From the NCBI GenBank assembly GCA_951406725.2, contig OX597831.1, positions 58,528,001 through 58,592,000 of the forward strand: a stretch of DNA of 64,000 nt, in the 5' to 3' direction. Positions within the stretch are counted from its first letter, which is position 1. Each line of letters starts with the position of its first letter. Origin of the DNA: Octopus vulgaris (Eukaryota). The notes below the pieces were generated by a model. The model worked only from the letters and a program-made list of their open reading frames with translations. It did not search any database and was not told the DNA's origin. A program made the translations under genes and the position numbers. Shown here one piece after another: positions 48,005 through 61,620 of the stretch.

Positions 48005-49045
48005 TTATTACCTCCGCCTGAGCGAAGGCGGAGGTATTGTTTTCAGTCATATTTCCTCGTTTGTTTTGCCCGTGGACAATATATCTCACGAACCGCTTGA
48101 TGGATTCGGATGAAACTTTCAGAGATAATTGGCTTCGTGACTGGCATGAACTGATTACATTTTGGGATCGATCCGGTGCCGGACAAGGATTCTGAATTAT
48201 TTGTTATACTTTACCTAACATGAAGTATTACGCTCTCTGATTATCTCCCTTGTAAGTACGCTTATAGTTTCCACGTAAGTTATGGTGGCGTTACTATTTC
48301 CAAAGTTTTATTTTCTTTTTTCATTATATTAATTTTACTCGTGTGACTATCTTAGTAGAAACTGATGAATAAAGAAATCAAACTATATAAACAAATGGCA
48401 GCCAAACCGTTCAGAAATTAAATAACACTAACATATTCAGTTACAAATTTAATTTATCCTCGACAATTTTTAGTTTCACCAATTTTGAATATATCACTCC
48501 TGTTTAAAATCTCTTATCTATCTGACAATTGCATTTCTAGCTCTGCCTTCAAGGAAGCTTTACTTCTTGGACTCAACTCACGTTTTTGTGCGAAACAATG
48601 TTGTTAAACCACCTTTAGCCGCACAGTACGCAGGTCCTTTCAGTTTTCTTTCACGCATGGAGAAACTTTTCACTACGGACCTTAATGGTCGTAAAGACAC
48701 TATATCAGTGGATAGACTAAAAAAAAGCCTTCATAGAAGAAACTGCCCCTGTTCACACTGCAGACGACACACACACAGCATTACAAACACGGCTCGCACA
48801 CCCACCTTCACATTCCATGACTACCATTGGGATCGATCAGGTACCGTACCGGTTAAGGATTCTGGATTATGTTTCCGGTTTTTACTTAATTTTTGAGAGT
48901 GGTCGGGTTCATTTTTAGTATTCTCGTTTGTGAGAACAGTCGTGTTTATTTCAGATATTCTCATTTTAAAAATCATTTCCTGCTAACCGTTGAGAGGACG
49001 TTGGTGCTGCCTTGGCGGATGTTTGCGCTCTCTGAGTGCTCTTGT
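48005..49045 (+). mobile_element. Helentron-associated (HINE-like) element(s): 5' part 48005-48367 and 3' part 48828-49045
   Basis: 5' TTATTACCTCCGCCT-GAGCGA-AGGCGGAGGTA inverted repeat; 3' subTIR CTTGGCGGATGT then hairpin GCGCTC-TCT-GAGTGC. Confidence 0.7.
48560..48730 (+). mobile_element. Ty3/Gypsy integrase C-terminal (GPY/F) fragment
   Basis: STHVFVRNNVVKPPLAAQYAGPFSFLSRMEKLFTTDLNGRKDTISVDRLKK matches THVFVRxD..PL..Y.GPF.V..R..K.F....G...VSIDRLK. Confidence 0.85.
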
Positions 49046-49724
49046 ATATATTGCTGTTGTTTATGTTAGTGGTTAGTCCCAGCTCTGTCCTTAGTGAATG
49101 CTCAGATCCTCTATCTTCTCTTAAGCGTAATTATTTATCCAGATACAAAAGAACCTATCATATGTTCGCCTTTTTCTCCAAGACGGAGTGCATCAAAACG
49201 TGTGTAACTACTTTTTCTGGCAAACGAAGTGATCACGTGGAGGCTCCAGAAATATCCATCAGTATTTATTCTGTAGGTGCAGTTAAATAATGCAGTGTAT
49301 GATCTTTCAGTAAATGGATAAAACTGGAAATGAAAAACTGTATTTAGCTTTGGGATTTCATTTAGTTTGGCAATGTTGATGAATCACATATTGCAATATT
49401 AATACTTGATGTTATTATGGCAAGACAGACGTTGAGGGAATTTGTGGATTCATTTTGAACATTATTTAGATTACTATACAATACCGTGTTATAAATCAAA
49501 TACTCGTGCGTACAGATATACTCAAACATGTTGAAGTGTATACTGGTGGAATAGGCTTATAACTTTCGCTATTTCTTATTCTAATATTCAGTGGAGATGT
49601 ATGACACTAAAAGAAAAACGAAAGCGTATGCACAATGATGTGTGCATATATAAATATGTACTTATTCACATATACATATTCACATATCGGAATCTATCGT
49701 TAACCTTCTTCAAAATGACTGATA

Positions 49725-50448
49725 TTCTAAATTTCAGTCGGTATAACTAACGTATCTACAAGACTGAATATACTGACGGAGTGTTTTCTACATTCAAAAT
49801 GATAAGTGAACTCCCCTATTGTATATTGTATGTATTGAGTTCTTATTACTCTCGTTTGTTAGAAACACACATTGAAATATATTTTGGGGTGTGCGCGCGT
49901 GCTTGGGTTTGAATGGTTATACATGTTTGATTGGATAAGGCGTATGCGAATATTATATATTTTATCAATGTCACTACCGTATAAACTTTTGCGTTAAATA
50001 TTATACACTAGCTTAAAAGCCGCTCTCCGTACGGGCTTTGAAGATAGCTCCTGCGGAGTACTATTTGGGCATGAGACCCAAACCTGAAGGGGGAGATAAT
50101 AAAGCATTTATTGGTATCTTACCATCTCAGATTTATATCACGAGTATCACGGAGAATTTGGTATCAGTGTGACATTTGGGGATTACTGTTAAGCAGCAGG
50201 ATAAACAATATGCTTGGTTTTGCCATTTCATGTGAATATGAAGAGATTGTTGCCATTTCCATCTCCGGAATAATGAACATAGTGCTGAAGATAGGAAAAG
50301 TGCTGCTACATGAGATGAAGTCCAACAATTCAAATTTAAGTCAGTATGACTAACGCATCTACAAGACTCACTATAGTGACGGAGTGTTTCCTATATTAAA
50401 AATGTAAGTGAACACCCCTATTGTATATTGTATGTATTGAGTACTTAT
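49725..50448 (+). repeat. ~120-bp direct repeat (49725-49846, 50329-50448); possible Helitron-like non-autonomous units
   Basis: AAATTTCAGTCGGTATAACTAACGTATCTACAAGACT..CCCCTATTGTATATTGTATGTATTGAGT occurs twice, with ACTAGC..AAAGCCG..CGGGCTTT at ~50008 between the copies. Confidence 0.6.
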
Positions 50449-50467
50449 AATATATATATATGTATAC

Positions 50468-50533
<66 letters not shown>

Positions 50534-50566
50534 TCAAAATAAGCAAGAAGAAAAACTCCGGTAACT

Positions 50567-50650
50567 TGGTACGATCGTTTGGCACTACATCATTTTATTA
50601 AATGTTGTAAGTATTACAACACTTTTAAAATGCTGAGCACTCATCAGCCA
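50567..50650 (-). ncRNA. Hammerhead motif with very long stem II, at the end of a decayed PLE-like segment (~50535-51510)
   Basis: Minus strand TGG-CTGATGA-GTGCT..[long hairpin]..AGTGC-CAAA-CGATCG-TA-CCA; a single core change (G12 to C). Confidence 0.7.
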
Positions 50651-51621
50651 TTAACAGAGGTTTTCCATTAATACATAATTTTCATATCATGTGGTAACAT
50701 TATAGACAAATATGTGGATTTAAATTTTAAGAACATTTGAGGTAGTGGACTGACTAAAATTCATTTGTTCCGAACCACTGTAAGATTCTGAGAGGAAAGG
50801 ACAAATGAAAGGAGGCAACAAAGATTTTCTATTTTTAGAAATGGGGTGACAGAGATGTCAGAGTTCCATATAAATAAATTTATGTAGAGAAAAGAATTGT
50901 CACACTACAACGCCAATTACTACTATTTGGTGAACAGATTTGGCGTTAGGAGAACTAGGTCAATGTCAAGTAGTCACAATGACACTCACAGAGAATGCAG
51001 AGACCTTATAAAACCAATGCACATCAACACAACAATCAGCCTATAGGTTCCGAGTACTTTGCCATGTTGGATTAAAGGAAAAAATATAGATCTAAAATTT
51101 ATTCAATTTAGAGGAAAGTCTATCACTTATTATGAGTAGGCATAATACTTATTAGCTGGGCGAAAAAGTCTTATTAATCAAGCGAGTATATTAGGGGTCA
51201 AAATATGTACTAGGAAAAATGGAAGAGGAGAAATCAAACAGGAATGGTATTCGTAGGTTTAGTAGAAGGTAATTTAATAATATGAAGAGAGGTGATTTAG
51301 AAGAGTATATTATTCAGATTTCATAGATAGTGAGTTGTTATTAATGAATTAAAATATAGGATTTGTTGGAAATAATATTTACTACCCGCGGATAAAGGTT
51401 AATTAGTTAGGTAAAAAATATCTTATGTTAATTATATATTAAGAAATGGAAGTGAGATAATCAAGATGAACCGAATAGTTTCCTTAGGGACATAGGATTT
51501 ATACTGACTAAAAAATATATACATATATATATATATGTATATGTATGTATGTATGTATATATGTATACATATCTATATATGTAAATTATTATAGATGTAT
51601 ATCTATATATCTATATCTATG

Positions 51622-51695
<74 letters not shown>

Positions 51696-54378
51696 AATCT
51701 AACATGAAAACAGAGCAATAGGTATTATTTTAGAGTTTCGTTTAAAATATTAATGTGGAGTATGAACATTAACACCAAAGCCAGACAAAAAGCATCAATC
51801 AGATTTGTTACCTAATATATTCATGCGATTGTTGGCTATGAAGGTGTATTTAAAAGTTAATCATAAAGTCGATGTCTGTTGTAGGTGTTCGTGACTTTTA
51901 AGTCAGGTCTGATCAAGAAGATGAATGATGTAAGCATTGCGGCTATCATTGTCCCTTCGTATTTTTGACAATACACTGAGAACTACATTATCCAATGTGT
52001 CTTTCATTTTTCAAAGAAAGTAAGGTGTAGTTTGGTGTTTTTGCTGTTTTTCTCTTAGACTTCATTGTTGATTAGAAACCAGGTTAGGTTTGACTGAGTA
52101 AAGCTATTATCAAAATAGTTCCACACTGACCACTGACTATCACTCACTAACCGATCACTGAGTATATGTACTTCTTTTTGAAGATAGTGTCGAGGGAGAT
52201 TTGAACACTATTTCTAGCAAATCAAACAATCCCATTGAAGATCTGCTGTTTCCTTGACTCCATTGCTTTAATAGGTAGAGTCAATTTCGTTGAGCCGAGG
52301 TACTTTGTGTCTTTAAAGCGAACTATCAGCAGGATTATCAAATAACTGCAGGATTATCATATAACTGGCGGTTTGTTGATGTACTTTCAACCTATTGTCT
52401 TGTTGAATGACCGACTAATACAATCGATTTAACTGTTTGACACATCACAATATTAATCGATATATACACACGTAAAACACTTTTTATAAAATACTTCAAA
52501 TACTGAATACCGAAGCCACCTACTAGATTTTTTTCCAAATATCCGCAAGTAATGATGCAATATATGCTACATTGTTATAGAGAATGGATTTGAAGACTTC
52601 TTCTTTCGGATTCAAGTAATTTGTCGAAGACACCCCACAGTCGCTGCAACATGATTCCAGCGTCTGGTCTCTCGGCTCGTTGCTCATAATCTATCTACGT
52701 TGGCGTGCATGATCCACCAAGTCTAGTTTATATCAATATTGCATGTTAATAAATCAAAACACATTGTTCCTAAATATAGAACCCAATGAAAAATAAATTA
52801 TAACAGTTGCTAACTGAAATGAAGTGGCGGGCAATGCGCGAAGAGCAGTGACTGCAGCGAAAGATTGATTGTTTTGTTCTTTGTATAAAACACGTTTACC
52901 TACAACTGTTGAACACTTACCACTCTCTCGTGCACACACAACACAAAGGCTCACACACATTCATACATTCATACACGCATATATGCATCTTAGTTTGGCA
53001 ATTAGCTATTTGGCTGTGTCTGCTTATGAGTGTTGTTATTATTGTTTGGCCTCCAGATCAGACATGATCTAACAAACCGTGATCAAAAACATTCTACCCA
53101 TGATTATGATCTACATGTGGTAATCCATTGTCAACTTTGTGTTTCTTTATGAAATGTGATGAGGTTTGATGTGATGTGAGGGAATATTAGCGGCTATATT
53201 TTAACAGATCACTCGACAGCGAAGAGCGTCCGCCCTCGTCTAGCTTTAGGTAGGATTATTGGTGCTGATGTTCTGACAGATACCTGTATAATTAACTATA
53301 GCTACACGCAGTTAATAATGACAGGTACCAAGTAAGGTATCTGACATCTGGTTGAAATCAAAACAACAAATAAGAATCTCTGTGATTCCTCGACCTGTTA
53401 GAAACAGTAACTAAAATCCGATGTAGCACCAACCACGATAATAAAGTTACTGGCAAACTTTGAGTAACATAAGGACTGAATACATATTTTTTAAAAATGT
53501 GATCACCATGGTGGCAAAACTTTTGAGCATAGACCTGTTCAACGAGATTTCAATGAGGTAAGATAAACATACAAACAATAACGATGGAAATAACAAAAAC
53601 AAAAAAAGAAGAAAAAATTCAACTGCAGATGGAACCATTCAAAATGCAATTTTCTAAAACCTTTTATTTAGAATGGCTTTAGCTTTTCCGATCACCAAGT
53701 CTAGATCTCAGGAAAACAAATAAATAAAAATAAAAATAGGCAAACAACATAGAAAATCAAATAAAAAGCAACGACACGAAGATAATTCGCTCAAACGTCA
53801 TTCTGTTAAGAAGACGAAATATTGTGTTAGGTGCCCTACGACCTAGACACCATGGAAACCTGGAATTCTTTGAAAATTACTTGAGAAAGCAAAATGCACG
53901 TGTAGGTATGTATTGAAGAACATATATATCTGAACAATATTCAAATATTTTGTATTCTAAGAACGTTTCGAGTACTGCAGGCACATGCATATTCTTATAT
54001 AATCAATCAGCGTATTTAATAAATCTTGAAAACTTCGGTTTCTTAAGATCTTTTATCTATTCAAATGCTTTAGAATAAATTTATTTTGCATATTGTCTAG
54101 GCATATTCAGAAAATATTTATGGCAGCATAACAAATTGCTTGTTGACTATTAAATCATATTAAAATGCAGCGACTTGCCCTGCGATCATAATATTATAAT
54201 AAATGGTTATAGCTGTCTCAGTGTGCTGTGATCGGAGCTCTTTCTTCAAACAGACATAAATTTAACTGAATCTCAGTTTCAGAGTAATTCTATGTTTCTA
54301 CCTACCTACCTACCTACCTACCTACCTACCTACCTACCTACATACATACCTATCTGACTACACATACACGCCTATAAA

Positions 54379-54442
<64 letters not shown>

Positions 54443-54708
54443 CACACATAAAATATTATATATATGTGCACATTTATGTATATATATATATATATATATT
54501 ATATAATAAGGAAAACTTAACAAGAAATTGTCAGGTAGATAGCGTAAAAACCTCATAAGAGAAAAAATTTCGAAAATAATTATTTCTTATTGAACATATT
54601 AATTTATATATAGAGGGCATTATACACATAGAAGGCATTATATATACATCAAAGCTAAGAGGGACAATTAGTCATTCTACCAAAATATTACTAATCCCAC
54701 GAATGCAA

Positions 54709-54791
54709 TTTTCAAGTAAGACATTTAAAAATATAGACCTGTATCACCTGTGATACAGGTCTATATTTTTTTAAATGTCTTACTTTGAAAA
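54709..54791. repeat. Near-perfect palindrome, ~40-bp arms
   Basis: AAGTAAGACATTTAAAAATATAGACCTGTATCAC-CT-GTGATACAGGTCTATATTTTTTTAAATGTCTTACTT. Confidence 0.95.
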
Positions 54792-54914
54792 GATTCGATA
54801 GACAGCGTTTGCATGTATATATAATGCCTTCTGTTTACAAAAACAAAAGACGAAGACAGGTGGTGTACAACAAAACAAACACATATCAGCATAACGCTCA
54901 GGAATAGAAAAAGT

Positions 54915-54951
54915 ATTTTACGATTCGAGCCTACGCTCTTCTGCAGAAAGG
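54915..54951 (-). ncRNA. Hammerhead-like motif (variant core) in a pLTR fragment (~54815-54980)
   Basis: Minus strand CTTT-CTGCAGA-A-GAGC-GTAG-GCTC-GAAT-CG-TA-AAAT; same family as 22356 and 31087. Confidence 0.5.
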
Positions 54952-55519
54952 GACACAGAAAAAACAAGGGGAGGAAAAAGGATATATATATATATATATG
55001 TTTCAGCTCAAAGGCTGCGACAATACTGGGGTACAGTCATTATCATAAGAATGTCAGCAGCCATTCTCAGCAGCCATGTAGTTGGTTTTGGGTGAATGAG
55101 GGACTTAGATGAGGATGCCCTCATATGAGTTCCTACCGTGATACAGGCTCATCAGGGATGTTAGACTGCAGAGTGACATGGTGATTCTTTAATATATCTA
55201 TCTATTTCTTGGAGACCTCTTATATTTTTGGTATGAAATGATATAGCTACGACCAAACAAATAAAAACATTACAGAAGTACTTAGTCCTCATTCTAAGCT
55301 GTGTATTTGGGTCTTTTGGTACGATGCAGGGGTGTTCCATTGGAGGGGTTTGTAAAACTCCCGATATCTTTTTTCGGTACCAGTCCTTCCAGTTTCTTTA
55401 GGTATGTTTTTCCGTAGAATGTGCTTAGGCATCGTTTTTAATAATGATGTAACGAAAGACAGCTTTTTATATATTACACTTAACTTACACAATAATTCTT
55501 TCTTCCCATACAACAAACT

Positions 55520-56810
55520 ATCGACCAATCTTAAGTATAGTAGCTAATTCAGTAATCATTCTAGGGCAATCACTAAGTTAAGAATATTTCATTTAGATTG
55601 TCTAAGGTATCTGCTAATGTTGACATTTTAAATGACAAGGCCGAATTTTACAACTCTGCCTCACTTAAAGCAGGTTATACAGATAAAGTTACCTACATTA
55701 ATTCCATTCAATCTTATTCTACCTTTACTAATGGAGACATTAGATATAGTTGTAAGGATATAAACAATATTAATTTTAATTTATACGCCAACACCAAAAT
55801 GAGGAAGGGATATAACCCTTATTTAAAGCCCTTTTTTCATGTAAAGGTAAATCGATGTCATTTAAATATATTTACACTAAAAATAAAGCAACTAATAGGA
55901 AAACTATTTGGTTGATTATTCATTATGGGGAAAAATTAAATCTAATCATCCTTTCCAGTTTCGAGAGGCTGCTATAAGGAATTTTCAAAAAATTCTAGGT
56001 ATTACCCTATTATCACCTCACACACGGTTAGGATTGGTTTTTGCATCACAAAAAATCTCTTACAAATTATCTCCTCACATAATAATAGTCTGTTAAAAAT
56101 AAGAATCCATTTAATAATACTAACATTAATTTAGATAATATCATCCATCCTCATAGAAATATTAATAATAAGGATATTGTCTCTGAAATCAATTCCAACA
56201 GAATTAAGTTTATGTCAAGTAAGTGTAAGATTAAAACCTCGATATTACAGTGAAAAAATACTTCAGGTACCGATGTTTTTTTTATATAGGTAGTTCTTCT
56301 GCTCAGTTATCTAAAAGAATTTCTAATCATTACTCTACATTTAGGGATAGTAATAAACGTAACAGGACTTAGTAAATCAATTTTGTATATAAAAAAACAT
56401 AAAAAACAATTTAATTTAGATTGGCTGATTGTCTCTATTTCGTTCCCTTATGATAAAGGCAAGGCACTTTGTCTTCTCTGTAACTGTGAACTATTTTTTA
56501 ATTCTTTTTTCTAAAACTCCCCTTGTAAACACGGTTATAGAGCGTGCTTATCGATGTAAACATTGGCAGAAACACACCTTTAGTTCACATAAGGGATATC
56601 TGGCATTATATATAATTTAAACCTTGATTTTCTTCTTACATTTCACTTCCACTAGATATATCGTTTTCCAGGAATTTAGGGGTTTTATTTAACTCACATA
56701 TTGCTCTGTACTTCTCGTTTATTTGGTTTCTGATTTTTTTTTCTATAGGCTACCTTTGACGTTATGTCCTCTAACGTTTTTTTAAAAACTTAATCACGTT
56801 CAGTTCATCA
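55520..56810 (+). mobile_element. Decayed Penelope-like element (thumb, linker, GIY-YIG); inverted terminal pieces at ~54990-55500
   Basis: SNHSRAITK..ISFRLSKVSANVDILNDKAEFYNS..KAGYTDKVTY; KTIWLII; YIGSS; RISNHYSTFR..TGLSKSI; HFVFS..YRCKHWQK. A CTGATGA half-site lies on the minus strand at ~55149-55155. Confidence 0.75.
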
Positions 56811-57420
56811 CTATACATATCCATCATATTCTGTTGAATACTTATATATACATGTGTGTATATATGCATATACGTATGTATATATGTATGTATGTGTGTA
56901 TATATATATATGTTTAGACATAGGTGAGCGCACACACAGAAACACACTTACACCCTCACACATCACCCCACATATAAATGTGTACCCATGATCACTCATA
57001 TATATATTAGATAGATATAATGTTATATATGTATATTTTATAGATCCCTGCACACACAAGAATACACACATGCGTAGACTGGATTTGCAGTTACTGGCAT
57101 GGAAAGGAGAAGGGCTATAAATGCCATCACTGAGTCTGCAGGAACGACCATGATGTGGCTTTGGAAATAGAGGGCATGGTGGTGTTTTTTCTACTATCTC
57201 GATGCGTCTGAGTCAACTGCGCTGAGTCTGATACAGAAAGAACTGAAATCACCAGAGATTCCAGAAATCCCACGGAAGACATATACCAGAGCATCCGTGG
57301 CGTGTGTACTAAAATCAATATCTACACCTTTATTTATATTTCCCTCTTTCTCTTTCTCTGTATCTCTCTATCCTTCCCATGTATATATACACTAATACGC
57401 ATACATTTATACACACACAA

Positions 57421-57472
<52 letters not shown>

Positions 57473-57558
57473 ATCTATGCAAAAATGATATTATGTTATA
57501 ATATGATATCATACAAATATAAATATACTAATCCTACAATTGTTTCAGTTCAGACCCA

Positions 57559-57680
57559 ATAATTAATTTATAGAATTCATGCTTATGGGTAAAAACCTCA
57601 TCATGGAAATATATATATATATATTTCCATGATGAGGTTTTAACCCCATAAGAGTTATGAATTAGTATAATTTAATTATA
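57559..57680. repeat. Palindrome centred on (AT)n
   Basis: CTTATGGGTAAAAACCTCATCATGGAAAT-(AT)n-ATTTCCATGATGAGGTTTTAACCCCATAAG. Confidence 0.95.
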
Positions 57681-57692
57681 TGTATATATAAA

Positions 57693-57740
<48 letters not shown>

Positions 57741-57847
57741 TTGATATGTATATATATATATATATATATATAATCAATTGAGGCGTAAAATTAATTAATC
57801 AATTTCACCAAGTGTTCAGTATGTAAAAGGACCAATTTGAATTCGCT

Positions 57848-57887
<40 letters not shown>

Positions 57888-58049
57888 GTATATACATGGA
57901 TGCACACATATATACATATGTATATATGTCACCTGAAGACTCCATTTAACAAGTGATAACGTGTTCCTGTCTAAATATCGTAATTCACCAAAATACTGAT
58001 CTTACCATGATTTCCAAATAGGTTTGTGTTCCAGCGTCGCTAACCAACA

Positions 58050-58560
58050 AGGAACACGACACTGATATACATGAGGTGTACGGAAGAACATCCTGATTCT
58101 GTTCCCGCGAAGTCATACATTTTGGAAGTGTGATGCATGAAATCTCATCTACGAATATGTATATGAAAGTCTTTCTGCAATGCATTTCGCAAATTTAGAT
58201 AATTTGACAAACCCTGCGAATGGGGTTTGGACTAACTGCAAAAACTTCTCTGTATGACCATGAATCGGAAGGATTCTCTACCGAACAAAGCTGAATCGGC
58301 TCAACCGATTATATGCACAGATAACGATACTCTTGTATTTTATCATCTGGATGTAATCTTTCATATTTCACGGAAGAGATTCTTGCTACTGCTTAGAACT
58401 TCTCTCCTCGGATTTGGTATTGAAGGTGATATTAAACAAAGTTGGGTAATTGAACCGATAATGTTTTTAGTGTATGTGACTGATATGATGAGGAAATTAA
58501 TCTATGAGCGTAAAACCTACAGTTGCTGTTGTAGTGATGCGACAATACACTTCACCCCCA
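58050..58560 (+). mobile_element. Very old CR1/L2-like LINE reverse transcriptase remnant
   Basis: LDVIF..SRKRF..LLGFGIEG..QSWVIEPIMFLVYVTDM resembles D.IY.DF.KAFD..L..YGI.G..QGSVLGP.LFL.Y..DL. Confidence 0.55.
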
Positions 58561-58708
58561 CGCATAAGTAAAACTTTGAACAAACCTGCATAACAATGTC
58601 TACCTTGGGTGATTGTGTAATGCAACTGAATCAGCTAAGTGCATATAAATGTTATATTAAAGGTCATAGGATACTTATCCAGCAGAAACACGTGTCGGAT
58701 TGGAATCG

Positions 58709-58779
<71 letters not shown>

Positions 58780-59605
58780 GCATATATATATACATACACA
58801 TATGTATATATATATATGTGCATACTTGCATATATACATTCATTATACATACATCCATACATACACCCACACACACACATACACACATATATATATAGAT
58901 AATGTCAACTCGGTCATTCTTCCTTGAAGCGACGGCAGAGATAGATTTAAATAAATTACTCGCCCAAATTAGTAATTTCGCACGTATGTTAGAAATGATT
59001 ATTATATAGAAAAAGGCAGGCGAAATATCCATATATATTCCTCAGAATGTATGCATTGATGCTTTCGATTATAACTATTTTGGTACCCGTGTTCGAAACC
59101 AAGCGAAGGCATATTTCATTTTCATTCATTTGTGATTCCAATTGCTTTCATTATACTTCTCAATCGATTATAATATTTGATCATGTTCCAGTTTCACCAA
59201 TCGCCAAGTTTTCTGGTAGAGAAATACTTTGGTCATTTATGTATTCTTTAGTCCAGTACCTATTCAATTTGTATTAATCCCAGGGGAATTGGAAATTGCG
59301 TCTATGACATCAATCATTAATTAATCTACAATGATTATACGAATCACAGATTTCTTTAATACTTTTCTGAGTAAACATAATTGGAATGAAGTATCTTGAG
59401 ATGACTTCACTTGCTTCAAAGACAGACAGCCTAATGTGTTAGCCATTGATAAAAGATCTTTCATTAATCGGAGTGCATATATCTACAGATAAGAGTTAAA
59501 GGAGACGTGCTCCGGTTTACTCATAATTAGCTACAATGTATGAAGGATAATTGTTGGTCTACTGACGACCATATTTCATACACGTATACAAGTACGCAAA
59601 CACGG

Positions 59606-59643
<38 letters not shown>

Positions 59644-59688
59644 TAGTGTGTGTGTGTTATATCTATCTATCTATTTATCTATCTATTC

Positions 59689-59790
<102 letters not shown>

Positions 59791-59948
59791 TTATCTATCG
59801 GTCTATCTGTCTGTCTGTCTGTATGTCTGTCTGTCTCTGTCTCTCTCTTTATATATATATACATATACAATATAATAAATAAATAAAATATATGCATACA
59901 TACATACATACATATATGTACATACTTACATCTATATGTATATATACA

Positions 59949-60000
<52 letters not shown>

Positions 60001-60004
60001 TATA

Positions 60005-60172
60005 TGAGTACAGGGCACCACAAATAAACGTAGAACACAACGAGAAACGAAAACATAAAATCAAACAAGGAAACGGACTTTTTTTAACAACGAAAAAACA
60101 GAGTACAGGTCAAACAATACAAGGAAAATCCCCCTTCATCAGCTGCCCCTGGTTCGACTCAATGCGTGTTTA
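60005..60172 (-). mobile_element. PLE pLTR-like fragment with a CTGATGA half-site
   Basis: Minus strand AAACACGCATTGAG..GGCAG-CTGATGA-AGGGGG, then pyrimidine-rich sequence ending at (TA)n. Confidence 0.45.
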
Positions 60173-61226
60173 TGTACACACAATCATAAACACACACACA
60201 CGCCATTTTTAACAATAGAATTCCTGTACGTTCTCTCGAAGTTTGTAAATTCTTATGATGCAGGCAACATGGCATATGCATACACATGGGTATATATATA
60301 TACATACATACATATATATGTATGTATATATATATGTCTATATATACTTATATATATATATATATAAGTGAGCAATGAATACATCTGTAGACATACATAC
60401 GTGTATATGTATACATGTATGTGTGTAGATACATACATTATTCATACAACACAGACTGAAGGCTTAAATGAGGATGTATCTAATACATCACTCCTCTAAT
60501 ATAATCATTTTACCGAAGTGTCAGGGGTGCATATTCATTTAGTTGTGAAAATTTATGTTCATATCAGAAATTGTTATTTTAATCTTATATCCAACCTATT
60601 CGGAAACAAAAACCACCAAGTACTTATATCAATTGTATCGACACAAACACACACATAGGAACACATGATCATTCGCACGAGCATACGCACACACACACAC
60701 ACACAAACACGAGCACATATACATTCACACGAACACACGCGCGTGAACATACACGCACGTATATGTCTATGAGTACCTATTATCTATCTATCTAAACACA
60801 CACACACGAAAATACATAGATCTAAAGAAACAAGGAACGACATCACAGAGAGGCCTCTCCCCATGAAATATGCCTCTGCGACATGTATGTATGTATATAT
60901 GTACACCTGTTATCCTGTATGTGTTAATATATGTTATGTATATATATATATATATATATACACTAAATATCTATTGATACATATATGTATACACGAAGAC
61001 TTACAAACACATACTTTTATATAAATACGTATGTTTGTGTGTGTACGAGTATAGGCACGTGTGTATATGTGCATGTATGTATGTAAGCATGTATGTATCC
61101 ATTTGTACTTACACATTTTCTGTGCACATTTGTTTGAAAATGCATGTTTATCTATATCTGTATATGTATATATATACATATATACATACACCCCACCCGA
61201 CATGTATATATGTGTATATGTATATA

Positions 61227-61285
<59 letters not shown>

Positions 61286-61286
61286 A

Positions 61287-61317
<31 letters not shown>

Positions 61318-61344
61318 GTACAATTATCAAGTACTCACCCTGAA

Positions 61345-61405
<61 letters not shown>

Positions 61406-61419
61406 ATAGATTACGGAGA

Positions 61420-61620
61420 TTTACTTACATAGCAAGTGAACTGATCTGAGATCGTGTAATGAAACGAAAACAATTGCAGCACAGAAGGTGTTTATAAGCC
61501 ATTTAAAACACAGAAAAACCGTTAAATTCACTTCAACATTTAAATTTTGATTAGCCAAAATATTTTCATCGCTTTGAGACCGACAAAAGTGATGCAACAC
61601 TGAAATTCCACGCTGCAATT
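61420..61620 (-). repeat. Dispersed repeat, paralog of 22514-22720
   Basis: Direct sequence match over ~170 bp. Confidence 0.75.

Noticed and set aside
52620-52712. SVWSLGSLL peptide resembling kinase subdomain IX
   Set aside because: Short frame bounded by stops, lacking the invariant Asp and other kinase motifs.
57110-57310. TATA-like GGCTATAAAT followed by ATGs
   Set aside because: Downstream ORFs close within 6-11 codons, and there is no other promoter evidence.
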